Shown: positions 14,471 to 27,900 of the stretch, one piece after another
Layout of the letters: every line of letters begins with the position of its first letter
Position numbering within the stretch: position 1 is the stretch's first letter
Source: Priapulus caudatus
Lineage: Eukaryota
Length of the DNA: 50,681 nucleotides
Assembly (NCBI RefSeq): GCF_000485595.1
Contig: NW_014577064.1
Location: forward strand, 1,008,780-1,059,460
Direction: 5' to 3'
Made by a program: the position numbers and the translations under genes
Notes under the pieces: model-generated
Told to the model about the DNA's origin: nothing
The model's input: the letters and a program-made list of their open reading frames with translations, nothing else
Databases searched by the model: none

Positions 14471-14823
14471 TGTATGTATGTATGTATTGTATGTATGTTA
14501 CTGTTGTATGTATGTATGGTATGTATGTATGTATGTATGTATGTCTAATGTATGTATTAGTATGTATGTTAGTAGTATGTATTGTATGTATGTACTGTAG
14601 TATGTATTATGTATGTATGATGTATGTAGATGTATAGTATGTATTATGTGTATGTATGTATTGTATGTATGTTGATGTATGTATGTATGTATGCTATGTA
14701 TGTGATGTATGTATGTATGATATGTATGTATATGTGATGTATGTATGTATGTTTATGTATGTATTGTACTTATGTATGTATGTTTATGTATGTATGTATG
14801 TATGTATGTATGATGTATGTATG

Positions 14824-14854
<31 letters not shown>

Positions 14855-15008
14855 GTATGTTATAGTATGTAATGTATGTATGTAATGTATGTATGTACTG
14901 TAGTATAGATGTATGTATGTATGTATGTATGTATGTATGTATTGATGTATGGATGTATGGTGTATGTATGTATGTATGTTTATGTATGTATGTATGTATT
15001 ATGAGTTT

Positions 15009-15039
<31 letters not shown>

Positions 15040-18000
15040 TGTACTGTAGTATGATGTATGTATGTGTAATGTATGTATGTATGTACGTAGTGTATGTATG
15101 TATGTTATAGTATGTATGTATGTATTATGTAGCTTTTTTTCATGTATGTATGTATGTATGTATGAAGTATGATGTATGTTGTTATGTATGTATGATGTAA
15201 TGTATGTATGTATATGTATGTATGTATGTAGTGTAATGTATGTATGTTGTATGTATGTATGTATGATATGGGTATGTATGTATGTATGTATGTATGTATG
15301 ATGTATTATGTATGTATGTAGTATGTATGTATGTATGGTATTGCTATGTATGTATGTATGTATGTAGTATGTATGTATTATATGTATGGTATGTATTATT
15401 CATTATGATGTATGTATGTATGTACTGTATGTATGTTAGTATGTACTGTATGTAGATTGTATGTATGATTGTATGTTATGTATGTAAATGTATGTATGTA
15501 TGTATGTATGTATGTATGATATGTATGTATGTATTGTATGGTATGTATGTATGTATGTATGTATGTAATGCTATGTATGTATGTATGTGTATGTATGTAT
15601 GTATGTATGTAATGTTTATGTATGTAATGTATGTATGTATGTATGTATGTATGTATGTATCGTATGTCTGTATGTTATTAGTGATGTATGTATGTATGAT
15701 GTTATTTAGTATGTTGTATGTAGTAGTACATGTATGTATGTATGAGTATTATGTATGTTATGTTAATGTTATGTATGTATGTATGTATGTATGTAATGTA
15801 ATGTATGTATGTATGTATGTATGTATGTATGTATGGTATCGTAATGTATCTGTATGTATGTATGTAGATCGTATGTATTTATGTATGTATGTATGCATGC
15901 ATGTATTGTATGTATATATGTATTATGGTATGTATGTTGTCAGCTCTACTGTGCGCGTTTATTTGCTGGTAGGGCTCATCTACGAACTCTGAGATGCACA
16001 CCTAAACTTGCTGATATTCTGCTTATATCGTAGGTAGCTGATCAATGCACCGCATTCACAATCGACTAGTCACAGAAATGTTCTACACGAGTAAGTGTGA
16101 TTTTCTCTTGGCACTTAAAATCATAAATACGATTTGCACTCTCACTTAACAAACGCGTATCGGCGATCCTCCACTTAAACCGCAGCGGAAGCCGAGGTCT
16201 GTGCTCTGGAGAGCAAGGGCGAATGGCAGCGGGTGTTGCTACCACCATCACGCGTCTGATCGGGCGCACGCATATACCATCGTTGCATGCTCAGCGCTGT
16301 ATGGTGCAGCACAGAAGGATATAGGAAGGGAGAACGCGCGGCGCGCAGTGACGAGAGAGGTGCGATGTAGTGAGTGAGAGCGAGCGAGCGAGAGATAAAG
16401 ACGACAAATATCAGAGTAAAGGTCAAAAGTGCGAATAAGAAGAGACTTTGACAGAAAAAGGAGAGATTAAAAGCAGATGTGGAGAAAGATTAAAAGAGGA
16501 GGAGAGATGAGAGAGAGAGAGCAGAGAGAGAGAGAGAGAGAGAGGAGAAGAAGAGTAGGGAAAGAGAGAGAATGAGAGAAGAAAAAAAGAAAAAGAAAAA
16601 AAAAGAAAAAAAAGAAAACGAAAAAGAAGAAGAAGAGAAGATAAGAAAGACAATACCGACTGCTGACGATTACGTAAAAGAAGAAGAAGAAGACGCACGG
16701 AGAGCGACGGATGACATATGTGTGGAATACGATAGCAATCGAATTATAAATAAAAGAGAGAGAGTTAGAAATATTTGCCAGGGATTGCAAACAGAGAGCC
16801 GAACGAATGCAGTTGATGGAAACGAACACCTTAAACGCCCGCCCAACTGAGTTGGCGGGGAAGGAAGGGGGCAAAAGCTGCTCTTAAATGCCATCCGGTC
16901 AGGGGTCGATGGAGAAACTCGTTTGATTATTATCACTGTTGCCCCCCGTACATGGAGCAAAGTGCATTGAGATTTCACGCCGGGTCAACCAAATAAAGAG
17001 TCATCAAAATTATGTGCGAGATACGAACGCATACACGATCCTGCGCTAGAAGTCCATGAATTATAGATTCGGGGTACTTCTAAACAGAAAAATAATTAGC
17101 GGCGAGTTGTTTTAATAAATGAATTGTTTAAAGTGTATACAGGAGCACAGGCGACAGTGGGTCGTACCGGCAGGCGATTGTAGTAGCGTGGTATACCTGC
17201 TGCGTGTACAAGGCACATGCCACATCATGAGGCTTGCATATATATACGCTATATGGCGAACATATTACACGACAAAGTCACATATAACGAACTGCAATAG
17301 TTTTCAGCTATACGATTTTAGAACAGTGTGATATTGTGTACAGTCATGGGTACAATTTATATAAAAGGTAGGTTAACTCCAGAACGTATATAAGTAGAGC
17401 TATGAAAGTTAACACTTGCGCTAAATGTTCTTGGAGGAACTGATCTCGGCGTGTAGACCTAACGTGGTTTGAGTGGCCGGTTAGCAGCGCTCGGTGAATA
17501 AATAAACAGAAATAAAGGCACCAGTGTTCGTGTGTTTATGTAATCGCGTGAATGGACGTAGAACGGATTCTCATATGAACGCATGACAACCTGCAGAACT
17601 GTCAAGAAAAGCATTAGACACTAGGTGTTTGGCTAGGGGCGTAATGTGATATTTTCATACCACCCGCGTGCTCAAGCCGGTGCTTAGTATAACCAGAACA
17701 TGCATAGTAACTCACCCACGCATACCTTCCTGACATCGATATGCGGACCGCATCGCCTAATAAGGAAGTTGCAAGAAACGTACCACAACATCCATATAAA
17801 GTCTCTAGTGAAAGATCGCGTGTCATAATAGTAACCCATTTAGTATTCATAACCTCATTTCGCTAATTATAAGTATTGGTACTTACACATATAGACGTAA
17901 CAGCACCCATACTAGTGTATACTTACCTAGCACAACAACTGCAGTATAATAAATAAACATATAAATATAATTAACCAGTGATTATATATACGTACCTGAG

Positions 18001-18431
18001 CGAAAACGTACACACGACGCAAGTAGAAGGGGGGAAGTAACCGCGTGTGCGGGCGGCCGCCGCGCGCGATACGACCATGGGTGCCTGCCCAGCGTAATAT
18101 CGCGCGACAATTCCTAGCTCACGCTGACCGAAGATCATCTTTTGAGCTCAAGCTTACTGTTCTACCCAACAGCGGAGCGCAGTTAAGCTCATCTTGGGTG
18201 GTGGTATTGTAATGCCCGCAACGGCCTGTGAATTAATACGGTGGGCGGAACTCTCCCGTTAAAGCAGCAACTGCTGGCGATTTCCGAGTGCCGATCTCAC
18301 CACACGGGCGTGAAACCATGACCGACACGAACACGTCCACCGTGATTAATATTGCGTCGGCAAACTGAAATTCTCAGATCGCTTTTTACGCGTGATAGAC
18401 ACGCACTGCGCTGTATAGGCATACACTCGTA
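10513..18431 (+). repeat. Copy 2 of tandem duplication (indel-rich, probably an assembly artefact)
   Basis: Collinear with 2870-10511; differences are mostly 1-2 bp indels. Confidence 0.9.
13760..15940. repeat. (ATGT)n array, noisier second copy
   Basis: Directly visible. Confidence 0.95.
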
Positions 18432-18749
18432 TGTTGCGCAGGTGTTTCTGTGTCATTTACAATATATTTATATATATATATAGTTATTAATTTATATACG
18501 CACACACTTGCACTTATCCGCGCAGCGCCGCCTTGCTCTTGCGGCGTCCGCTGGCGGCGGCGCTTGTGGAAGCGTGCGCGACAGCAGCTTGCCTATGGTT
18601 GAGCGACATCAGTACGTCAGCACATCCGCTGGACGCGCTGCATGCTGCGCTGGTATTTACGCGACTATGACCGTATGGCCCGCTAATCAGCATGTCGCCT
18701 TACATGAGAACAGGCTACAGAAACTTGCCGACGCTACGATGAGATTCCG

Positions 18750-19084
18750 CAAGCACTACTGCCGCGCTACATGCAGCAATGCCACTGACATACGCCCGCG
18801 CTAACGATGGCAAGCATAGCTGCGCGAAGCTAACATGCACTATACTGCCGGCGCTACCTGCAAGCATACTGCCGCGCTACTGCAGCATGACTTGCCGCGC
18901 ATACGATGCAGCATACTGCCGACGCTACTGCAGCATACTTGCCGCGCTACGTGAGCATACTAGCCGCCGCTACTGCAGCATACGCCTGCGGCTACATGCA
19001 GCATACTGCCGCGCTACATGCAGCATACTGCCGCGCTACATGCAGCATACTGCCGCGCTACATGCAGCATACTGCCGCGCTACA
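18750..19084. repeat. 22-bp minisatellite (GCATACTGCCGCGCTACATGCA)n
   Basis: Exact 22-bp period at 18999-19084; degenerate copies to the left. Confidence 0.9.
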
Positions 19085-21574
19085 CACCGCAACAAGCCGC
19101 AGCCACGACACGTCAGGCAAATAGTAACAAAACTCGCGCAATCGTTTGAGCGAAAACGTCGACAAAAGTATACTAAAAAGCTAATATCCATATTGCCAAG
19201 TCATTGTAGTATTGCAAAATAAGGTTGTATGAAAACTAACTTAGCAAGCTTGTATTTTTGTATTACAAAGTAACTGTTGCGTATATTGTGTAATCTGTGT
19301 CAAGATTCGTCCGACTGTCTGGTTAGAGACCATGGGACGTGAGAACAAAACTAATGTGTGGTAGAAATATTCAGCTGATACTGAGAGCAAAGGAGAGAGG
19401 GGCGTACTGCAATATGCGACCTTCTCAACTATGTGTTCCTACCTTGTTATTCGCCTACCTTGTTATAGACTTTTTAATTTTCATTCGAAATTTAAGGGCA
19501 TGCAAAGTGAGCCGACGGGTCTAGTACTAAATCTGAAATCAATCATTACACAACGTGATACTGCTCACGGGTTTCTGCCGTTGCCACACGATTTAATTTG
19601 TTTCACTTATACATCTAATAAGCTCCACGTAAAGACATATAGGCATGACAATAATTTCAAGCATAATACTTCAACGCCTTTAGATTTTCACAGACACGTC
19701 ATCTTTGTTTTATTTTCCCCATATTTTAAACATGGTATGCACATTAATAGCAGATATAACGCGATTTCAGAGCAGATACCCTGCGTAAACATGCGAGCAA
19801 TAAACCAAGTAAAATGTCAAGGTACGGACCATTCATTGCATTGCCCCGAGTAAAAGTCAAAAACTTGTACTTCATACGAGATGCTGCCATCAGCTTGTCG
19901 TTGTATTGTTGTATTGCAGATTACGGATAGCTCGGGCACAACAACAGTCGAACATGATATACCGACATGCCATTTTTTCCTGATAATAAAATGTACGGTT
20001 ACAAACATATTGCACCATATTAAATTGCGTGCAATCCCAAGTGGATACCATTACAAGACGTTGCTCGGACGCCCTCAGACTCGACCACGCGTACTCTCGT
20101 AGCATAACAAACATAAAATAACGGGGTTGTTAACAAGTTTGACATTTTCCACATTCGTCATACCACAGAGACCAAACGCAAGACTCTGTGGAATGTGCTG
20201 AAACGTATTTATATGTTTGAAATTGAAAGTGCCACTTAAATCATTTAGCAGGAAAATATGACAATAACAATGTAGGCAGAATAAGGAATATATAAGGTAT
20301 ATATAAGGTAGGAACAAGGTGGAATGTAGACTATAATATCTGAAAACAAAAATAATCACAATGGATAAGATCACAAATGGAAGTTTAAAATAATCCAATA
20401 AATTCCAGCATAAATCTAACGCATAAATTGTAAATAAAAATATTTTGTCACAAACGGTTATATATCACAGTTAAAATTAAGCTATAATAAGCACAACATC
20501 AACTTCATCCGTTCACATATACAAAGCTATACAAGTGTAATAACAGTGCTAGATTTTATATTAATCTATACCTACATTCATCAGATCCATTCCTAGACAT
20601 AAGTACAATCAGCAGTGTACCTTCCCTCAGGAATTTTACTCGAAAACGTTACAAAGGCACACCACACATATTTCTATTCATGAAGCTGGTTGCGCGAATG
20701 TGCAATAACGCATCCATACACAAGCATACTGAACAGACCGGGAGTGTTTATAGCTTACCCCTATCTCCCCAAAGGGCCAAAACGTCTTAACTTTAAATCA
20801 CATACCATATGCTATTCATAACTCCTTATTCGCACATGAATGACTATTTAATGTCCAATACCCTTTTGGACTACTGACAGCAGTTTGCCATGCACATGAT
20901 TGGCAATATTTCTCTTCACACATGTGTTGTTATTTATAGCTCATTATGCATATATGAATTGCCAGTTGCCGCCCATAGCAACACATATGTGATAGAGTAT
21001 TTTATAGAGTATTCGTTCTCTCCCTGAATAACGTGACTAATAACAGGTTTTTTTAAACAACTAGTTTGCACGGAAACATATTGATCCAACTAAATATGCA
21101 AAATTTACAAAGTAACAAATATTCTTAAATTAGCACGTATAATATAGGATATGAATACTAAATTCGAAATCATGGCCTAATTTATAATGCGACTCGCAAG
21201 TTATACAATTCTGACCTGCTTTTCAAACTATTCTGACTAGGAATGAGCAACAGAAGCACATTGCCACAAAGCATGCAAACAACACGCGTTCCTATTACGA
21301 ACAGATACATCAACACGACGAGATGAAACATGCAGCGCATTTGAAAACCATCTGTATTGATCATAAACAACTAACACATAAGAGAATAATGTTACAGTAC
21401 GCCTGCTTCACTTACAGTTACAGCCACTTACAGTGCAGCACAGGAATGCAAGGCCACTGCATTTTCTACGATAGCATTTATATATATTTCGGGTGGTACT
21501 AGGAACGCTGCTGCTACATTCGCTCTATTTAGACCTGCTGATTTGTCCACAAATAAAGAGAACCCACATGTTAT

Positions 21575-21628
21575 CAAGAGCTAATAATACCTCTTATTAT
21601 TAGCTCTTGATGGTATTATTAGCTCTTG
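21575..21628. mobile_element. CAAGAGCT-family palindromic mini-element with 7-bp TSD
   Basis: CAAGAGCTAATAATACC...GGTATTATTAGCTCTTG flanked by ATGTTAT on both sides (21568-74, 21629-35); right arm partly duplicated. Confidence 0.75.
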
Positions 21629-22574
21629 ATGTTATCATGTCCGTTTATTGCTCTGCATTATCATCAGCTACCACAAACGGCTTTTTTTAAACGACTGACC
21701 GATTAGTTGTTAAAGATGAACAACCATCACCAAACCTTCTCATACCTACAACAGCAGTTCTAGCATTTGTGCTAGGCTATGCTGCTTCTAAATAGAGGGA
21801 TGCAGCTAGTCTGGATATGGTCAGGAACATTCTCAGACAATGCAAAAGCATCAAGGCCATGTTTGGTTCATTATGAGAGAAACAGCAAGACAAGTAGAAA
21901 GGCTTTGTTCTGCCATTTTCACACAGGCGGCAAAAATGTTCACAGTACATATTACAATGCTTCCAAGCATATGGTTGGCTGCAGGCATTTTGGCCACCAC
22001 AGAGTATATAATAAGTAGCATATCTTGCATCTTATATGGCAGATTTGCATGTATTAAGACGAAGATCATAATCAGTGAGAATTTTAAGCAGTCAGCAGTC
22101 ATGGAAAGTTTTACTAAGTACTGTTTATTTAAGATTGTTTTTAGCTATGATGTGGTATTCTATACACCTCCGAATAGCCTACAGTATATATACTAACCAT
22201 TGCTGATCATTAAGAGGAATTGTGAAATACATGGACTTTGATGGGTGAAAATATTTAAACAAGGATGCGGCCTTGTTGATAATTCTTAGTAGTGGGGACG
22301 ACCATTATGAAGTCAACTTTTTTCCAGATTATTACTTTCCAAATGTTGAGTGCATGTGTCTAAAACAGCAGGGCATCTCATAAGCTGCTAAATAGAGTAC
22401 GGTGTGTGCCAAGTCAATAGCTTCAAAAACACCATCGATGCAATTCTGTTACGAACTGAACAGGCTTCTGTAGTTTCATAGATCACAAGCACTAAAATGA
22501 CAGCAGGTTGTCTACAATAACATGAATAATGCCACTGCTACTGAGCTTACCTATTTGCTACATCAATTGTACCA

Positions 22575-22847
22575 TGGTTGTGATGACATCACTGATCTCA
22601 TGACACCACTGCCACATTAACGACACCACTGCCACGTTAACGACATCACTGTAAACTGTAACGGCATCGCTGCTACATCAATGATACACCTGATACTATC
22701 ATAACATTACTGCCACATTAATGGCATCTCTGAATACTGTAATAACATCACTGCCACTGTGATGATGTCATTGCTACTGTGATGATGTCATTGCTGCTGT
22801 GATGACGTCAGTGCGACTGTGATGACGTCAGTGCGACTGTGATGACA
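22575..22847. repeat. 20-bp minisatellite at the start of the RILPL 3' UTR
   Basis: Unit approximately CTGTGATGACGTCAGTGCGA; most regular next to the stop codon. Confidence 0.8.
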
Positions 22848-23055
22848 CTACTGCTCGTTCCCGGCCGGTACCTCTTGATCTTCTGGGGATGCTGGAGGCA
22901 CTCCGGAGGGCGACCCTGAGCGGGAGGAGGGCTTGCTGCCCTGTGAACGAGGCTCGGGGGAGGAGCTGGACCTGATGCCTATTGCACGAGGCTGGTGCAC
23001 AGGGCTGCTCTTTGCACTTGTAAACGGACTCTCCTCTCCAAAGAAGAACCGGAAG
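22848..23055 (-). CDS. RILPL1: RILP-like terminal exon (FRFFFGEESP...GNEQ*)
   Basis: Pyrimidine-rich CCCAG acceptor, phase 2; open S/P-rich frame to TAG. Confidence 0.8.
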
Positions 23056-24940
23056 CTGGGAGAAATGGAGAGATCAGTTATGGTTTTAGCTCTTTTCTAT
23101 AACAAGGAACGAAAAACAAGGGAAACTGGAAACTGATAGACATTAGATATAGCTTTAGAAAAACCAGAAACGAATAGCGATCAGAAATAGTTTTACCTGC
23201 TGTAAAAGAATAAAACATAAGTAACTGGAGCCCAAAGAACAATCATGCCCGACTGCAGCCTATACACACAAAGAATACCAGTGTGCCACTATACTACTAA
23301 CTACTACTGAATTTAAACTATATGTTAAAACTGTTCTACTATCTTGGCCTTTAGACAGTTAAATACTGAATAGCACTTACAAGCGTTTGATGCCAGACTT
23401 TTGGTATCTCATTGGGTAGAGCTTCTCCAGGGGTTCTTTGTTGATTGGTCCTTGTGCATCGCCCTCATAGAGGTCATCTGCTAGTGAACTGCAGCAAGTA
23501 CAATGTTTAGCATGAGTGTGAGAGAAAGGTTGCACAACGACATTAATGACTTATACACGATACCAGGATCATCGTAGAATTGGGGTACAATACTCCCTAC
23601 CATAGCGTCATTGGGTCACAGGTATATTCGAGCCAGATGAGCATGCTACGTGGTGTGTACAAGTTTTTGCTTAGACACAACATGCAACTGAGGACAACCA
23701 TGAATGGTCTGACCAGCCTACACAGCTGGCCCCCCTCCCCTCTAGTGCTGCATACAAAAACCTACTGATTAATAAACTGTCTAGTTGTTATGTCCGTGCA
23801 AAATGCAAGCATGCTTGTGTACATTTATGCTTGCGCATGTCAAACCATGTTCTCCAAGAATGTCTGAAATCTGGCCTTTGCCCCACTGCTCTTTAACCTG
23901 TGACCTCCAATTTCACAACAGTTTTGGCTTTTCTTACTATGACGCTATATATATAATATCAAGAGCATAGGACAAGCTGTCTATACTTGAACCGTAATTC
24001 CGCATTTCTCCTTATACCTTACGTTAAGGGGGAGTGTTCCCCCTTCCTTCATTCTTGTTAACCTTTGACCCTTGACCCCCAGCTTCGACTTTCCAATTTA
24101 TTTTTGGATTGCCCTCCTACATCCCGAATATCAACACCGTATCTCAAGCCATTTAGATTTGTGCCCATATTATTGATGGACCGACAGATAGATAGATGGG
24201 TGCTCATGCCATTCTACAAGCTGCATCTGACTGTATTAGATGAGCTAAAAACAGGTTTAACACAGATAATAATATACAAGCCTTAAAGTTTTTAATATAA
24301 GCCACAGTTGTCTTATACAAATGAATCCATTCACATTTGAAATTTTAAACACAAAAGCATGAGAAGACTTCACAACAGTAGTGTTATTACTCTCAAGGCA
24401 CTTCACGCAGTGCTAAAAATAACTATAATGGCCGTGTAGGCATGTGTGAAGGTTTTCACCATGCAAGCACTACCTACCACGGTCTGTACTGTTCTAACTC
24501 TTCCTCCATCTCCATGAGCTTGCTCTTTAGTTCATTTCTTTCCCAAAGAATCTGCCGCAGTTCATTAAGTGTAAAGCGAGGCCTGTCTGGGTCTTTTAGG
24601 TCAATAAGCATCTTACCCTCCAAATCCGGTGTGGAGATCTGGAGCATAGATTCAATATCAAAAGAGCATAAACAATTGATTTCCAATAACACCTCATAGT
24701 TTCCCATCATAGTTTTTGACACTAAATGTAAATTAATAGATTGCCGATAAACATATATTATTTTGCTTACTAGCACATGAATCGATTTGTCAATAAATAA
24801 AAATAGAAAATAAATATAAACAAATAAAATTTTAAAAATACATATTATGAATTATAATATAACACAACTAACATTTTCTCTCTGAGAGAGAAAGGCAGCG
24901 AGAAAGAGAGAGAGGTGGAGAGCTAGAGAGACAGGGGAAA

Positions 24941-24992
<52 letters not shown>

Positions 24993-27900
24993 TAACAGAG
25001 AGAAAAATGCTTAGAGAGAGAAAGAGTAGTACAAGCACAGATGCGGAGACACACATAAAGATACCTCACTGATGGCTACAATTCCTAACTTGGCTCTTAG
25101 GCATATAGCTTGCTCTTCATGCTCAAGTAGCTGTGTCTGAAGACTGACATTCGCCTAGCATGCATTCAACCCCAAAACACACCCAAACTAAATATGAAAA
25201 TCATCAACAATACAAATAAACATATATCGAAACCATGCAAACGAGAGAAACCTGTAGCACAAATTAGAAACTGTCAAGTTAATCATAATAAATAACTCAT
25301 AAAGTACTACAGACGCGCATGTTCGCCATGTCCGGCGCAATGTTCCATCAGTTCCCATCACAGTGTACCTTATAGTAATGTTAACTCTCTGTTAAACCTG
25401 CCCAGGGCCCATCCACAGAAATGAAAATAAACATGTAAAATATCAGCACAAAATATTATATAGTGGTGATGGCCCAGTGGGCTGGGCTACCTATGTAACG
25501 TACAGCTACCCCTGCCTCAATCATAAAGCAGTGTGTGGGCTATTCATGTAGCTACCAAGCCTGATAGGCTGACAATTCGTTGTTGCTCATGTTCTCATTA
25601 TTACCACGTGACTGCATTAACATGTCCATACTTTCTCACCTCTATCATATTTTACATTCACTTACAGTTTAACCTAACAGCAACCCACCCATCCATACCT
25701 CCTCTACAGTGATGCCTAGTTTGCCCTTCAGCCTGTTGATCTGCTGTAGCTTATCCTGAAGCTGTGCTTCCAGATCAGCCTTCTCTTCCACTGCCATGCG
25801 TCCATGCTTCTGCACTAGCCTATTTTTGCGCCGTAGGTCACGACACACCTTCGTCACGCGATCAACATGTGCCTCTATCTGTTCACAGAAGACAAGCAAG
25901 TTAATACATACAAGAATACTAGTGCATGTAGTGAGCTCATCTCTGTTGCATATGAGAAAGACATAGTTATAGGGGTAGTCATTGGGTCAGGCCCACAGTT
26001 AAAATACGCTTACATATGGCCTGTACATAAACATTAATATATCATGAATAAAGTTTTTACCTGTACATAATATGCCACCAAATTATGGCAGTTTCAATGA
26101 CATAATACTACAGTACACAATCTATTATCTGAAACCCTTGGGACCAGACACGTTTAGGAATTTGGAATGGTAGTACAGTACAGATACACATACCGTATAT
26201 CCTGCAACTAGTCAGTACTAAAACCCAAGTTTTCAAGAGGCCAATTAGTGCTGTACCGGTACAGTACAATATGTTTGTGTAATGCCAAACACAGTAATAT
26301 TTCTGCACTGAATCTTGTGCAACGAAACGCGAGCTTTGGTGTGCACACAACCTCCACGAAAAAACTTTCGGTTTTGAGAGCTTTTCGGTTTTCAGAATTT
26401 CGGATAATAGATTGTGCGCTGTAATGTAGTACAACCAAAGATAAACAATAGAGTAAATAGTTCATTCAATCCCAACTTTCTCTAAAAATTTCGCATTTTC
26501 CAGATTATATCCGAAGGGCTATGAGTGTGCCGAGCAAAATCTTTTATTATGTCAAATAAAATAATGCCTTGGAACTTCTAAACCAAGCACCAATCCAAGT
26601 AAATTTCCAAACAGCTACCGTCAGGTTTTAGACTTGGGGAATACGCAGATATAGCTGGACTGGACTAGGATAGGGAACACTGGCTAGAAAACATGCCACC
26701 TACAGATTCGACATCCTGAGACTTCTGGCTGAGTGCCTTCTCTAGCTGCCGCAGCTGCTCCCGCTGTTTCTCCACCGAGTCCTTCAGCTTAGTGACCATA
26801 GTCCACTCCTGTTCATTCAGAATCGCTGCAAAGAAAAGAATCAATTAATGCCGGTGTGATTGAAGATTTTATATCGGTTTGTATTATTAAAGCGAGGATT
26901 TCTCATGTTTTTACGTTTTCATATTATCTCCTGGCATACTCCTGGCATAACACCAAGTACATATAGTAAGGTTAACATATCATAGAACACTCACACAACA
27001 TTCTTTCCACTAATATATGCACCGATCTGCATTTCAAATTAGACTGTTTACATATGTCAACAAATCTAGCGCTTGATTTTAGCTCTCAAAAGACTGGAAT
27101 GCTGTCTCTACACTAGGTGAATTACCTTTGTATACGCTTCGAGATAGGTACCAGTCTATAAATATTTGCGTCACATAACTACATGCGCTCATTTTGTGGG
27201 ACCGTTTGCTGTTCATTTATTGTGTTATATAGCCTATAACAGCAGGAACTCATAATAATTTTAATGCAGACGTAATGAGTAATAATGTATGCTGACAGAT
27301 GAGTCTAAATTTCTCTTCATTATTACCAATTTCTCGATTTACTTGTGAGATGATCGTTTTATCAGACTACTACAAAAAATTGCTGGCATATGATATAGAT
27401 ATCATAGGTCTGTGAAGCACCCAGCACTACAAATTGACAGTTTGCCTTACGAATTTAACCGGATAAAATGCTGTCTCTACACTAGGTGAATTACCTTTGT
27501 ATACGCTTCGAGATAGGTACCAGTCTATAAATATTTGCGTCACATAACTACATGCGCTCATTTTGTGGGACCGTTTGCTGTTCATTTATTGTGTTATAGC
27601 CTATGACAGCAGGAACTCATAATAATTTTTAATGCAGACGTAATGAGTAATAATGTATGCTGACAGATGAGTCTAAATTTCTCTTCATTATTACCAATTT
27701 CTCGATTTACTTGTGAGATGATCGTTTTATCAGACTACCACAAAAAATTGCTGGCATATGATATAGATATCGTAGGTCTGTGAAGCACCCAGCACTCCAA
27801 ATTGACAGTTTGCCTTACGAATTTAACCGGATAAACAAAGTATATGCACACACAGATAGAGATAGATAGGGAGAGAGAAATAGAGAGAGAGAGTCAGAGA

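Noticed and set aside
1941..16000. Many ORFs of VCVC, HTHT, MYVC, ERER and LSLS type (also at 40-50 kb)
   Set aside because: Translations of microsatellites with no coding signal.
18779..19222. 147-aa repetitive Cys/Ala-rich ORF
   Set aside because: It is read through a 22-bp repeat (not a multiple of 3) that cycles frames; no splice or domain support.
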